Below, in pieces: positions 31,779-42,090 of a stretch of DNA of 64,000 nt. The DNA is from an uncultured Verrucomicrobiae bacterium (lineage in GTDB: Bacteria; Verrucomicrobiota; Verrucomicrobiia; Limisphaerales; Palsa-1400). How positions within the stretch are numbered: the stretch's first letter is position 1; each line of letters starts with the position of its first letter. The DNA lies in contig CAVPOM010000017.1 of NCBI GenBank assembly GCA_963707025.1, positions 96,001 to 160,000 of the forward strand, in the 5' to 3' direction. The notes under the pieces were generated by a model. It was not told where the DNA came from and searched no databases. It saw only the letters and a list, made by a program, of their open reading frames with translations. A program made the position numbers and the translations under genes.

Positions 31779-32570
31779 TCAGATCTGGGAGGCGGGGGTG
31801 CGCTTGAGAAAAATATTGGCGACGCCGGAGACGTTGTCCTTGTATTGCGGGTCGCTGCTTAATTGTTTCCAGACGGGCGCGTTCCGAAACGCATCCCAAT
31901 GCTTCTTGTGTTCGTCCATGTTCTCGCCGGAAAGCATGTAAACGAGGTTGGGCATTTGCGGACCGACCAGGGTCTGGGAGAAAAAGACCGGGGACAGCCC
32001 GACGTCGCGCATGAGGGCGGTCTCACCGCTGTTGAACATCCGGACCTTGTTGATCCCCTTGCTTTCGCTGGGGCTTTGGTAGATGCGCAACTCGAAAATC
32101 CAGGGCTTCTTGTCCGCCGCCGACGGAGGCGCGGCCAGTTTTTTCATGGTGTCGAAGGCGATATTGAGGGAGCTTTCGATGCGTTCATAAGCGGCGTTGG
32201 TTTTCGGCATGGCCATGAATGAGGCGGCGGCGGCCAGGTAGGCGGGGTCGGCGGCGAGCCGGGCCGGGATGGCGGCGAAGACTTCGAGCGAATCGCAGGG
32301 GACGAGGACATAAACATGGTTGGTGGGAGAGTCTTGCAGTTCGGTGAAGACGCCGACGGGCCGAATGCCCATGCGGTTGCAGGCGGGGACGGCCGCGTTT
32401 TGCCAGTAGTCGCTGACCAGTTTTTGTTGCAGTTCCGACTTGGTGGAGTAAACGCGCAGTTCGTAATACTGCGGCTGGCCGGAGTCGGCGGCGGACGCGG
32501 GGGCGGGAATCCAGGAGACGGCGCCGGCGAGCGCGCCCATGATGAGGGGGGTTAAAGTCAGGGAGTTCAT
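31779..32570 (-). CDS. NIPSNAP-family protein with signal peptide
   Basis: Duplicated YYELRVY / IFELRIY, MPNLVYML, FLKRTPASQI. Confidence 0.8.
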   Translation of the reverse strand: MNSLTLTPLIMGALAGAVSWIPAPASAADSGQPQYYELRVYSTKSELQQKLVSDYWQNAAVPACNRMGIRPVGVFTELQDSPTNHVYVLVPCDSLEVFAAIPARLAADPAYLAAAASFMAMPKTNAAYERIESSLNIAFDTMKKLAAPPSAADKKPWIFELRIYQSPSESKGINKVRMFNSGETALMRDVGLSPVFFSQTLVGPQMPNLVYMLSGENMDEHKKHWDAFRNAPVWKQLSSDPQYKDNVSGVANIFLKRTPASQI

Positions 32571-32724
32571 GGTGAGCGGTGGGTGATAGTTCTTATGATC
32601 GCTTGAGCGCGGGCGCCATGCGGCGCCACTCTGGTGTCGGGAAAAGCATACCCTGAACCTTCGCGACAGCGCAAGGGAGTGAATTGAGAATTTTTAGCTG
32701 ACAAGGAAGGCCGTGTCTGGAACG

Positions 32725-33807
32725 ATGCCGGAGATGAATATCCAGCAGGCGAGCCGGGAGTATGAGACGTGGCTGGGCGGCCATATCCGGGTGGTGAAGA
32801 GCGACCTGGAGGCCAAGCATGCGTTCATGGCGCAGGATGCGTTTTCCTTTCTCCGCGCCACGTTTTATCGCTGGATGCAGCTTTTCCCGGCGCTTTGCCC
32901 GAAGTTGGCGGCGGCGCCCAGGACCCTGGCGGTGGGAGATTTGCATGTGGAGAATTTTGGGACCTGGCGCGATGCGGAGGGACGGCTGGTGTGGGGCATC
33001 AATGATTTCGACGAGGCGTTTCCGCTGCCTTACACGGTGGATCTGGTGCGGCTGACCGCCAGCGCGTGGCTGGCCTTTGAGCTGGGTCATTTGTCGCTGG
33101 TGCCGGCCAGCGCTTCGGCGCCAATTCTGGAGGGTTACACCACCGGCTTGGAGAATGGCGGCGAACCCTTTGTGCTGGCGGAGAAGCATCCGTTGCTGCG
33201 CGAGGCCGTGACGAGCCGGGAGCGCGATCCGACCCGCTTCTGGGAAAAATTCGGGGCGCTGCCCACCCTGCGCCAGGTGCCGGCCAAGGTGAGGCGGATG
33301 CTGGCAGAGGCCATGCCGGAACGCGGCCTGGCTTTCCGTGTGGCGCACCGGCAGGCCGGGCTGGGGAGCCTGGGCCGGGAACGATTCACGGGCCTGGCCG
33401 ATTGGTGCGGGGGCAAGATCGCGCGGGAGACCAAGCCGTTGCTGCCGTCGGCTTGCGCCTGGGCGGGTGGATTGTCAAACAAGGAGATTTACTATGGGCG
33501 CATCGTGGCCCAGGCCGTGCGGGCGCCGGATCCGTTCCTGGCGATGAAAAATGGATGGGTGTTGCGGCGGTTGTCGCCTTATTGCTGCCGGATTGAGTTG
33601 TCGGACCTGCCGCGGGGCCATGATGAAGAGAAGTTGTTGCGGGCCATGGGGCGGGAGCTGGCCAATGTCCATCTGGGCGGCCGCCGGGGGATGGCGGCGG
33701 TGCGACGGGATTTGCGGCAGCGTAAAGAGAAATGGCTGCACCAAGCCACCGAGGTCATGGCCGAGGCCACGCTGAAAGATTGGAAGGAATGGCGGAAAGG
33801 TGAATAG
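32725..33807 (+). CDS. DUF2252-family kinase-like protein
   Basis: FSFLRATFYRW, GDLHVENFG, INDFDEA, AGLGSLG. Confidence 0.8.
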   Translation: MPEMNIQQASREYETWLGGHIRVVKSDLEAKHAFMAQDAFSFLRATFYRWMQLFPALCPKLAAAPRTLAVGDLHVENFGTWRDAEGRLVWGINDFDEAFPLPYTVDLVRLTASAWLAFELGHLSLVPASASAPILEGYTTGLENGGEPFVLAEKHPLLREAVTSRERDPTRFWEKFGALPTLRQVPAKVRRMLAEAMPERGLAFRVAHRQAGLGSLGRERFTGLADWCGGKIARETKPLLPSACAWAGGLSNKEIYYGRIVAQAVRAPDPFLAMKNGWVLRRLSPYCCRIELSDLPRGHDEEKLLRAMGRELANVHLGGRRGMAAVRRDLRQRKEKWLHQATEVMAEATLKDWKEWRKGE

Positions 33808-33929
33808 TGAAGAGTGAAGAGTGAAGAGTGAATTGAGGCCGGGCTAAGGCTCCGTGCAAAAACAACTCCGGATATTGAGGCGCAATTGGAACAGGATCGA
33901 AGTGGCGCCCGGGAGCGCGCCCTTGAAAG

Positions 33930-34030
33930 CAATTGAGAATTGAAAATTGACAATTTGTCATCGGTCATTAGGCGGGCGGGGAGGTGGTTTTCAATTGCCA
34001 ATGACCAATTTTCAATGACCAATTCTCAAT
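33930..34030. repeat. Heptamer-built palindromic element, copy A
   Basis: ATTGAGAATTG (33932) / CAATTCTCAAT (34020) inverted arms. Confidence 0.7.
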
Positions 34031-34083
34031 CCCGAATCGGCCTTGCTCCAAACGCAAAATCGGAGGTTGTTCTTGCACGCCTC

Positions 34084-34956
34084 CTAAGCGGTGCCGTAGT
34101 TGGGGGCGGGGGCGTTGGAGAAGAGGCGGTACCAGGTGCGGAGGACGAGCAGGATTTTTTGGGGTTTGTTCAGACGGGTGGGAACGGGGCCGAAGACTTG
34201 GAAGCGGCGGTTTTCGAGTTTTTTCAGGAGGCGCCAATAGACCGACCCCATGAGTTCGGCGGCGATCATGGAGCGGCGGTCGGCGGCGGGCAGGGTTTGG
34301 CGGGCGAGGGCGTAGTATTTTTTGGCTTCGCCGGCCACGGCGGAGGCCAGGCGCTGGAAGCGGTCGGAGTATTGCAAGCGCAGGATTTCTTCGGGCGGAA
34401 CGCGGTGGCGCTGGAGTTCGGATTGGGGAAGGTAGATGCGGCCGCGTTCGGCGTCGGTGCGGACGTCGCGGAGAATGTTGGTCAACTGCAAGGCTTTGCC
34501 GAGGTGGACGGCGTAGTCGCGGCAGGCGGGGTCCTGGTAGCCGAAGATTTCCACGCTGAGCAGGCCGACGACAGAGGCGACGCGGTAGCAGTATTGATCG
34601 AGGTCCTGATAGGTTTGGTAACGGTTGATGTCGAGGTCCATTTCGACGCCGCGGATGAGTTGGTCGAAGCAGGTGAAGGGGAGGCGGTAGCGGGCGATGA
34701 CGGGCTGGAGTTCGCGGGCGACGGGGAAGGAGGGAAGGGCGCCGTCGCAGGCGCGGCGGATTTCCTGGCGCCAGGAGGCGAGGCGGGCGCGGCGGGCGGG
34801 AAGGGGTTCGGATGGGTGGTCGGCCACGTCGTCCACTTCGCGGCAGAAGGCGTAGAGGACGGACATGGCGTCGCGCTTGGGCTTGGGCAGGAGGACAAAG
34901 GCGAGGGCGAGGTTGGAGGCGCTTTTGCGGGTAATGGCTGTGCTGTGAGTGGTCAT
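34084..34956 (-). CDS. hpnD: Presqualene diphosphate synthase HpnD (squalene/phytoene synthase family)
   Basis: LYAFCREVDDVAD, YCYRVASVVG, LQLTNILRDV, GRIYLP. Confidence 0.85.
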   Translation of the reverse strand: MTTHSTAITRKSASNLALAFVLLPKPKRDAMSVLYAFCREVDDVADHPSEPLPARRARLASWRQEIRRACDGALPSFPVARELQPVIARYRLPFTCFDQLIRGVEMDLDINRYQTYQDLDQYCYRVASVVGLLSVEIFGYQDPACRDYAVHLGKALQLTNILRDVRTDAERGRIYLPQSELQRHRVPPEEILRLQYSDRFQRLASAVAGEAKKYYALARQTLPAADRRSMIAAELMGSVYWRLLKKLENRRFQVFGPVPTRLNKPQKILLVLRTWYRLFSNAPAPNYGTA

Positions 34957-36380
34957 CAGGCCGCGGCGTCGTTGCCGGCGGGCGGGGGATTTTCATCCGC
35001 GGCGTCGAGGTTAATGTTGAGCCGCTGCATGCGGTAGCGGAGGGCGTGGCGGCTGATTTTTAATTGTTCGCTGGTTTTGGAGATGTTGTAGCGGTTTTGT
35101 TCCAGGGTGCCGTTGATCAATTGGCGTTCGAAGTCGGCCATCAGTTCGTCGAGGGAATGGGCGCCGGTGACGGGGCTGACTTCGGTTTTGCGCAGGCGGC
35201 CTTCGAGGTGGAAATCGGGGAGGGAGGAGGGCAGGATTTCCTGGGAGGATTCGAGGATGACGGCGCGTTCGATGACGTTGCGCAGTTCGCGGACATTGCC
35301 GGGCCAGTGGTGGCCGAGGAGTTTTTGGCGGGAGGCGGGGGTGATGGAGTGGATGTGCTTGTTCATGAAACCGTTGTAGTGGCGCAAAAAGTTCTCGGCC
35401 AGAAGAACGATGTCGCTGCCGCGTTCGCGCAAGGGGGGCGGGCGGAGTTGGACGACGTTGAGGCGGTGGAAGAGGTCTTCGCGGAAATTGTTCTGGCGGA
35501 TGGCTTCGTAGATGTCGCGGTTGGTGGCGGCGATGAGGCGGACGTCCACCTTGAGTTCGTCGTTGCCACCGACGCGGGTGAAGGAGCCGTCTTCGAGGAA
35601 GCGGAGGAGCTTGGCCTGAAGGGAGCGGCTCATGTCGCCGATTTCATCGAGGAAGATGGTGCCGCCGTCGGCTTCCTCGACGCGGCCGAGTTTTTGGCGG
35701 ATGGCGCCGGTGAAGGCGCCTTTTTCATGGCCGAAGAGTTCGCTTTCGAGGAGGTTTTCGGGGATGGCGGCGCAGTTGATGCGGATGTAATTTTTGTGGG
35801 AGCGGCGGCTGAGGCTGTGCAGGGCGCCGGCGACGAGTTCCTTGCCGGTGCCGCTTTCGCCGAGGATGAGGACGGTGGTGCTGGCGGGGGCGACGCTTTG
35901 GATGAGTTTGCGCAGTTCGACCATGTTGGGCGATTCGCCAATGATCTGTTCGAGCTGGTAGGCTTCGGTGGCGTGGGCGCGCAAGGCGGCATTTTCGCGG
36001 AGCAAACGGTGGCGTTCGGCGCAGCGGGAGACGGCGTGGAGGAGTTCTTCGGGGGCGAAAGGTTTGGCCAGGTAGTCAATGGCGCCGGCTTTGATGGCCT
36101 CGACCGCCAGCTTGGGTGTGGCGTAGGCGGTGATCATGAGGAAGGGGACGGCGGGCCAGCGTTTGCAGGCCTGGGCCAGGAACTCGTAGCCACTCATCTT
36201 GCCCAGGCGGGCGTCGGTGATGACCATGAGGAATTCCAGTTTTTCCAGGGCGGCGAGGGCCTCCTCGGCCGATTCGGCCATCTGCACGTCATAGCCCTCG
36301 CCGTGCAGGATGGACTTCAAGGAAAGGCGCATGTTCCTTTCGTCGTCAATGACCAGGACCGGGGGAAGGGGCAGGCTCAT
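34956..36380 (-). CDS. Sigma54-dependent response regulator (NtrC family)
   Basis: REC domain; [39 protein letters not shown]; Fis-type HTH. Confidence 0.95.
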   Translation of the reverse strand: MSLPLPPVLVIDDERNMRLSLKSILHGEGYDVQMAESAEEALAALEKLEFLMVITDARLGKMSGYEFLAQACKRWPAVPFLMITAYATPKLAVEAIKAGAIDYLAKPFAPEELLHAVSRCAERHRLLRENAALRAHATEAYQLEQIIGESPNMVELRKLIQSVAPASTTVLILGESGTGKELVAGALHSLSRRSHKNYIRINCAAIPENLLESELFGHEKGAFTGAIRQKLGRVEEADGGTIFLDEIGDMSRSLQAKLLRFLEDGSFTRVGGNDELKVDVRLIAATNRDIYEAIRQNNFREDLFHRLNVVQLRPPPLRERGSDIVLLAENFLRHYNGFMNKHIHSITPASRQKLLGHHWPGNVRELRNVIERAVILESSQEILPSSLPDFHLEGRLRKTEVSPVTGAHSLDELMADFERQLINGTLEQNRYNISKTSEQLKISRHALRYRMQRLNINLDAADENPPPAGNDAAA

Positions 36381-37780
36381 GAATTTATCCTCATCAAAAT
36401 ACGCGGCGGGAATTCCAGGGTGAAGCGGGTGCCTTTGCCCGGCTCGGATTGCACCCGGACGGCGCCGCCGTACATTTCGGCGTTATGTTTGACAATGGCG
36501 AGGCCCAGGCCGGTGCCTTTGGCGCGAGTGGTGAAATAGGCCTCGAAGATCTTGTCCATCTTGTCGGGGGCGATGCCGGGGCCATTGTCGGCGATGGTGA
36601 TGATGATGGAATCCTGCGCGCCGTAGCGGGTGGCGACCTCAATTTCACCATGGCCGTCGAGGGCCTCGCGGGCGTTTTGCAGCAAATTGACCAGGACGCT
36701 GGAGAGGTGCTGTCTTTGCATGAGGATGGCGGGCAGCTCGGAGGAGTAGAAGCGCTTGATGCGGACTTCGTATTTGGCGGCGGGGGGGAAGACTTGCAGG
36801 AGGGCGTCGTCAATTTCGGCGGCGACCTCCAGGCGCTCGACGCGGCCTTCGGCCAGTTGGGCGTAGCCCATCAGGACGGTGAGGATCTGGTCGGCGCGGC
36901 CGACTTCCTCGCGGATGATTTTGATTTGTTCCTCGACGGCGAATTCGCCGTCGTTGACGGCGCGCTGCAGGCAGAAGGCGGCGTTGGTGATGATGCCGAG
37001 GGGGTTTTTGATTTTATGCGCGATTTCGGCGGCGAGGCGGCCGGCGGTGCGGAGACGTTCCTGGCGGACGGCGAATTCGGTGGCTTCGGCCTCGGCGCGC
37101 TTTTGTTTTTCGAAGAGGACCTGGATGCCGTAGCAACAGGCGGCCCAAATGACCAAAACGAGGATGCGCTCGAGGGGTTTTTCGGTGCGCGGCTCATCGC
37201 GGACGGCCACGGCGGCGTATTGCAGATCGTAAAGCGCCCGATGCGCGTCCGGCAGATAAATGAGCATTCGATCCAGCATCCCGCCGACGACGAAGCCGAG
37301 GGTGACCAGAAAGTTGAGCAACAATTGAGGGAGGGCGACCGGGATGGCGACGGCGTTGTGAAGAATGAGCACGAGGAACACCCAGTAAAAAGGGCTGTCG
37401 AAGCCATCCACCATGAAGACCATCCCCGCCATCAAATTGACATCGAGGAGGCCGACGATGAAAATGATGAACTGGGTGGTGTGCAACGACATTTGGCGCA
37501 CCCAGATAAAAGCGGCGCCGGCCGCGACGTTGACCGCCAGATAAAGCCAAAAGTATTGGGCAAACCAGCGATGGCCAACCTCGCGCACGCTGCCAATGAC
37601 GTCGCTCCAATGGCTGAGGAAGAAAAAGTAGCCCAGGACGGCGATGAGCAGCACCCGCAGCGGCAGAATCACATCCCTCTCCACGGCCTGAATGCGGACC
37701 GCCCGCTGGCTCGGCTCCAAGGTGGGAGCGACCAGGAGGCGCGCCAGCTTTTGATAAGTTTGTTCGCCGGGGAAGGCCAT
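36377..37780 (-). CDS. Membrane sensor histidine kinase
   Basis: Multi-TM N-terminus; EIAHKIKNPL, NLLQNA, DNGPGI, GTGLGL. Confidence 0.92.
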   Translation of the reverse strand: MAFPGEQTYQKLARLLVAPTLEPSQRAVRIQAVERDVILPLRVLLIAVLGYFFFLSHWSDVIGSVREVGHRWFAQYFWLYLAVNVAAGAAFIWVRQMSLHTTQFIIFIVGLLDVNLMAGMVFMVDGFDSPFYWVFLVLILHNAVAIPVALPQLLLNFLVTLGFVVGGMLDRMLIYLPDAHRALYDLQYAAVAVRDEPRTEKPLERILVLVIWAACCYGIQVLFEKQKRAEAEATEFAVRQERLRTAGRLAAEIAHKIKNPLGIITNAAFCLQRAVNDGEFAVEEQIKIIREEVGRADQILTVLMGYAQLAEGRVERLEVAAEIDDALLQVFPPAAKYEVRIKRFYSSELPAILMQRQHLSSVLVNLLQNAREALDGHGEIEVATRYGAQDSIIITIADNGPGIAPDKMDKIFEAYFTTRAKGTGLGLAIVKHNAEMYGGAVRVQSEPGKGTRFTLEFPPRILMRINS

Positions 37781-37793
37781 ACCGGTGCCGGGT

Positions 37794-38333
37794 TTAGCAC
37801 AGCAGGCGGGCGGCCCGGCGGGCAATTTGGGCGCAAGGCCACAAGCGGCCCAGGCCCTCATAGCCGCAGGAAAGCAGCCCTTTTTCCGGGCCGATGAATT
37901 GGGCGCCGCGCTTTTTGAGGGTGGCGACGTTTTGTTGGGTGGCGGGATGGAGCCACATTTTGCCGTTCATGGCCGGGGCGATGAGCACTTGGGCGCGGGG
38001 GTTGAGGGCCAGGGCGATGCAGGTCAGGGCGTCGTCGGCCAGACCGAGGGCCAGTTTGGCGATGGTCTGGGCGGTGGCCGGGGCGACGAGGAGCAGATCG
38101 GCCTGGTCGGCCAGTTGGATGTGGGAAGGCTTCCATTCCTCCGCCTCGCCGTAAAGATCGGTCACCACCGGATGGCGGGAAAGGGTCTTGAAGGGAAGGG
38201 CCGTGATGAAGCGCAGGGCGTCGGCGGTCATGACGACCGAAACGTCGCAGCCGTCTTTGACCAGCAAACTGGTCAACTCGGCGGCCTTGTAGGCGGCGAT
38301 GGAACCGGTGACGCCGTGGATGATGTGCTTCAT
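37794..38333 (-). CDS. coaC: Phosphopantothenoylcysteine decarboxylase (stand-alone CoaC, HFCD flavoprotein)
   Basis: GVTGSIAAYKA, HIQLAD, APATA, PAMNGKMW, LSCGYEGLGRL; no CoaB half. Confidence 0.88.
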   Translation of the reverse strand: MKHIIHGVTGSIAAYKAAELTSLLVKDGCDVSVVMTADALRFITALPFKTLSRHPVVTDLYGEAEEWKPSHIQLADQADLLLVAPATAQTIAKLALGLADDALTCIALALNPRAQVLIAPAMNGKMWLHPATQQNVATLKKRGAQFIGPEKGLLSCGYEGLGRLWPCAQIARRAARLLC

Positions 38334-38351
38334 AGGGATGGGCGGTTTTTG

Positions 38352-40814
38352 TTACGGCACGGCGGGGCGCGGGGGGGAGGGCTGGGCGGAAATTTCCAGG
38401 GTGGCCGGGGCCAGGCCGTCGGAAAGGGCGGTGAGCTGGATTTTGCCGGGGTTTTTGGCGGATTGGACGATGACCTGGGCCAGGCCGTTGAAAACATGGC
38501 GCTGCCAGCCGGGCGCGTTGGTCGTGTCCGGCGCGGCCAGATAAACATCGGGTTCGTGGGAAACGGGATCGCCGTTGCCGACGCCGATGATGGCGCCGGG
38601 GCCGGAGAGTTCAAAATGAACGAGGCTGTCGGCCGCCGGCACGGGGCGCCCCTGACTATCAATTATAATTACTGCGACCATGGCCAGGTCCTCGCCGTCG
38701 GCCCGCAGGGCGGCGCGGGCGGTGGAAAGTTTGACGGCGGCGGGCGCGCCGGCGGTTTCAACCTGGTCGTGGGCGATCTGCCGGCCGGCCTTGTAGCCGC
38801 GGGCCAGGAGGGTTCCGGGCGCGTATTTAACCGTCCATTGCAGGTGGGAGTTTTTGGGCATGGGCTTGCGGCCGAGGCTTTGTCCGTTGAGGAGGAGTTC
38901 GACTTCTTCGCAATTGCTGAAGCAGCGCACGTCCAGGTCCTGGCCTTCCCTGCCGGGCCAGGTCCAATGGGGCATGAGATGGAGGACGACCTTGTCGGTC
39001 CACCAGGATTGGTAGTAGTAAAAGACATCCTTGGGGAAGCCGCAGGTGTCGAGGATGCCAAATTCGGAGTTGATGTTGGGCCAGCGGAAGGGGGAGGGTT
39101 CGCCGCGATAATCAAAGCCGGTCCAGACGAAGGCGCCGCTGGCCCAGGGACGGGCGCTGTAGTATTGCCACCATTCCTCGGCGGTCGCGCCGTAGCGGGG
39201 CTTGTTGGTGTCGTAGGCTGTGCGGTAATGGTCCATTATTTCGTAAATGCCGCGGGTGTAGTAGGCGCTGGCCTCTTCGGTGCCGATGGCGGGCATGGCT
39301 GGATTGTTGGAGTGGAAGCGGTCCATGTTGCCATTGAGGAGATAATTGAAGCCTTGCACATCAATGCCCAGGGAGATGCCGTCGGGTGCGCCGGAGGACC
39401 AGGAGTTCATGGCGGCGGTGCAGAGCCGCGTCGGGTCCAACTGGTGGACCAGGCGATTCATGGTGGCGGCGATGCGCCCGGCCGTGGCGGTGCGCTGCAC
39501 GTTTTCTTCGTTGGCCAGGGACCAGATGAAGACGCTGGGATGATTGCGGTCGCGGCGGACCAGGCGTTCCAAACGGCCCAGGTTGCGGGAGTCGCTGCCC
39601 AGGAGGCGGTTTTCATCCATGACCAGCATGCCCAGGCGGTCGCAGGCCTCGAGCAATTCGGGGGTGGGCGGGTTGTGCGAGGTGCGGATGGCGTTGCCGC
39701 CCATCTCCTTCAAGCGGGCGATGCGGAAATCCTGGAGGGCGTCGGGCAGGGCGGCGCCGACGCCGGCGTGGTCCTGGTGGTTGCAGGTGCCTTTGATGAC
39801 GCAAGGGGCGCCGTTGAGGAGGAACCCTTTTTCAGGGTCAAAAGCGATGGTGCGGATGCCGAATTCGGTTTCGGTGCGGTCCACGACGGCGCCGCCCATA
39901 GTAACCGTGGTCACCAGTTTGCACAGGCGCGGCTTTTCCGGGGACCAGAGGACGGGGGCCGCGACCTGGGTGGTTTGCAAAACGGTTTTGAGGGACAAGG
40001 GGTCGAAAGTGGCGGTTTGGTCGGACTTGGCGACCTCCCTGCCGTCGGGGTCGAGGATGCGGCACTGCAAGGTGGCGTCGGCGGCATTGGTTTGGGTATT
40101 GCGAATCTGGGTTTCGATCTGGATGGTGGCGGGCCCGTGAGGAACGTTGTTGGAGAATTGGGAGTAAATGAACGTTCCATCCGGGGCGATGGCCAAAGGA
40201 CTGGTTTCAATGAGCCAGACATGGCGGTAAAGGCCGGCGCCTTCATAGAACCAGCCTTCGAATTCGGAAGCATCCACGCGGACGGCCAGGAGGTTGCTGC
40301 CGCCGCAGTTGGCCACGTCGGTGATGTCATACCGGTAAGTGTCATAGCCGTTTTCATGATGGCCGATGAGGTAGCCGTTGAGGAAAACTCGTGTATCGCG
40401 GAAAGCGCCGTCCAATTCCAGCCAGAGGCGCTTGTCGCGGTCTTCGGCCGGCAGGGGGAAGGAGCGGCGATACCAGCCGACGCTGTTGTTGGTGTAGCCG
40501 GGGCCGACGGGCTTGAAACCGTGGTTGAGACTGGCCTGCTGATCGAAGGGCAACTCGACGGCCCAATCGTGAGGAAGGTTCAGAGAGCGCCAGGCGCTGT
40601 CGTTGAACCTGGGGGCGGCCGGGCCGGCGCTCTGGCCGGCTTTGGCGAGGCGTTCGGCCGTGCCCCAGTCGTCGCCGAGGTGGAACTTCCAGCCGAAGTC
40701 CATGAGGAGCCGCCGGCGCGGGGAGCCGTTGCTGGATTGGGCGGGAGCGGCAAATGCAAAATGCAAAATGCAGAATGCAAAGAATGAAGTGATGATGGCC
40801 GAACTTCGTTTCAT
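38352..40814 (-). CDS. Secreted GH2 beta-galactosidase-like glycoside hydrolase
   Basis: LPHDW, EGWFYEGAGLYR, GTCNHQDH, NAIRTSHNP, RNHPSVFIWSLANE, WTGFDYRGEP. Confidence 0.93.
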   Translation of the reverse strand: MKRSSAIITSFFAFCILHFAFAAPAQSSNGSPRRRLLMDFGWKFHLGDDWGTAERLAKAGQSAGPAAPRFNDSAWRSLNLPHDWAVELPFDQQASLNHGFKPVGPGYTNNSVGWYRRSFPLPAEDRDKRLWLELDGAFRDTRVFLNGYLIGHHENGYDTYRYDITDVANCGGSNLLAVRVDASEFEGWFYEGAGLYRHVWLIETSPLAIAPDGTFIYSQFSNNVPHGPATIQIETQIRNTQTNAADATLQCRILDPDGREVAKSDQTATFDPLSLKTVLQTTQVAAPVLWSPEKPRLCKLVTTVTMGGAVVDRTETEFGIRTIAFDPEKGFLLNGAPCVIKGTCNHQDHAGVGAALPDALQDFRIARLKEMGGNAIRTSHNPPTPELLEACDRLGMLVMDENRLLGSDSRNLGRLERLVRRDRNHPSVFIWSLANEENVQRTATAGRIAATMNRLVHQLDPTRLCTAAMNSWSSGAPDGISLGIDVQGFNYLLNGNMDRFHSNNPAMPAIGTEEASAYYTRGIYEIMDHYRTAYDTNKPRYGATAEEWWQYYSARPWASGAFVWTGFDYRGEPSPFRWPNINSEFGILDTCGFPKDVFYYYQSWWTDKVVLHLMPHWTWPGREGQDLDVRCFSNCEEVELLLNGQSLGRKPMPKNSHLQWTVKYAPGTLLARGYKAGRQIAHDQVETAGAPAAVKLSTARAALRADGEDLAMVAVIIIDSQGRPVPAADSLVHFELSGPGAIIGVGNGDPVSHEPDVYLAAPDTTNAPGWQRHVFNGLAQVIVQSAKNPGKIQLTALSDGLAPATLEISAQPSPPRPAVP

Positions 40815-41959
40815 AGCGGTGCCACTTCGTGGGTGCAGGCCAGGTCCTGGTCGGGACGGATGTGCCAGCGGCGGGCCACGGCTTCCAGATCAGCCGTCAA
40901 ACCCCAGCGATCCGGTTCGGGGGAGCCGGTGTGACTGGGGTTGGCGCCTTTCAAAGTCATGCAACCTTGGTTGTCGCCCACACGGGCGATCAGGTCAAGG
41001 TCTTCTTCCGAAAACTCCGGGTTGGGAAGGGCCGCCAATTCATCGGCCTTGCTTTCGATGGGCCGGCTTTCCGGGCCGGCTTCCTGGATCAAGGTGGGCA
41101 CGACAGTTTTGACGCCGGGTTGGGCGAGGTTCCAAAGGCAGGCCAGTTGCAGCATGGTGAGATGGTGTTTTTCGGCGATGGGGCGCATTTGCTCCATCTT
41201 GGCGCGGCCCGCCTCCACCCAGCCGGCGGGGCGAAAGGAGCGGTGGTCCTGGGGCAGGAATTTGTGGCCGGCCCGAACGTCCTCATGGAACAAGCCGCCG
41301 TAATCCACCACGCGGGTCAGCAGATGGACCTCCTGCTGGACGGCCGCCGGCAACACCAGCCGCCCCGGCCACGGTTCCAGAGGATTGAGAATAATCATGG
41401 CCCAATCGAGCAGCGGCCCAAACCGCTCCAGGCAGAGAATCAGGTCCAGAGTGAAGCCGTTGGCCGGGCCGGGGGCCAGGCCGATGCGGCCGGCCAGTTT
41501 TTCGGCCTTGATTTTGTCCATGGCCGACCAGACGCGGTCGCTGCCGTAGCCGGTGGAGTCGGGGTTATGCAGCAGGAGCAGATCGAAGTTCCGGGCGCGG
41601 CAGCGTTCGAGGGATTTTTCCACGGCCATGCGCAAATAGCTGTGGTACTCGGCCGGTGGACGCAAGGCGGGGTCGGTAAAGCGGGGCCAGCCCCTGGCGC
41701 CCTGGCGCCGGCCCTTGTAGAAGTCGTGCCCCACCGCGCCGACCAGGCAATAACTTTCGCGGGGCAGGCCGGCCAGGGCGCGGCCCAGGAGGTCATCGGC
41801 CGCGCCGGCGCCATAGACATCGGCGGTCATGAACGTGCGGATGCCGCGCTCGTAGGCGTGGCGGACGAGCGTGATCCAGCGTTCCTCGGGGAGCGCCTCG
41901 CCAAAATTCATGAAGCGTCCGCCGTTCCAGGTTCCAAAAGCGGTTCGTCCAACATCCAT
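40811..41959 (-). CDS. Aldo/keto reductase family protein
   Basis: FGTW, MTADVYGAG, EKSLERC...DLLLLHNPD, LQLACLWNL. Confidence 0.8.
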   Translation of the reverse strand: MDVGRTAFGTWNGGRFMNFGEALPEERWITLVRHAYERGIRTFMTADVYGAGAADDLLGRALAGLPRESYCLVGAVGHDFYKGRRQGARGWPRFTDPALRPPAEYHSYLRMAVEKSLERCRARNFDLLLLHNPDSTGYGSDRVWSAMDKIKAEKLAGRIGLAPGPANGFTLDLILCLERFGPLLDWAMIILNPLEPWPGRLVLPAAVQQEVHLLTRVVDYGGLFHEDVRAGHKFLPQDHRSFRPAGWVEAGRAKMEQMRPIAEKHHLTMLQLACLWNLAQPGVKTVVPTLIQEAGPESRPIESKADELAALPNPEFSEEDLDLIARVGDNQGCMTLKGANPSHTGSPEPDRWGLTADLEAVARRWHIRPDQDLACTHEVAPL

Positions 41960-42030
41960 AACAGTACTGCAACAAATTTGAGCAAGGGGTGGCGGCTTGC
42001 AAACATTTTCAGGAGCGCCCCCCCTGGGGT

Positions 42031-42090
42031 CGAAGTGAAATCAAGTGAAATTAGGTGAAACCAGGTGAAATTAGGTGAAATTATCTGAAA
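42031..42090. repeat. 10-bp tandem repeat x6 (consensus TTAGGTGAAA)
   Basis: CGAAGTGAAA TCAAGTGAAA TTAGGTGAAA CCAGGTGAAA TTAGGTGAAA TTATCTGAAA. Confidence 0.85.

Noticed and set aside
37785..40787. 1000-aa plus-strand ORF, and similar long antisense ORFs (93-1010, 7985-9373, 15101-17254, 35064-36539, 42264-43961, 58845-60434, 61102-62739)
   Set aside because: They are shadows of well-supported genes on the opposite strand, expected in high-GC DNA, and show no recognisable motifs.
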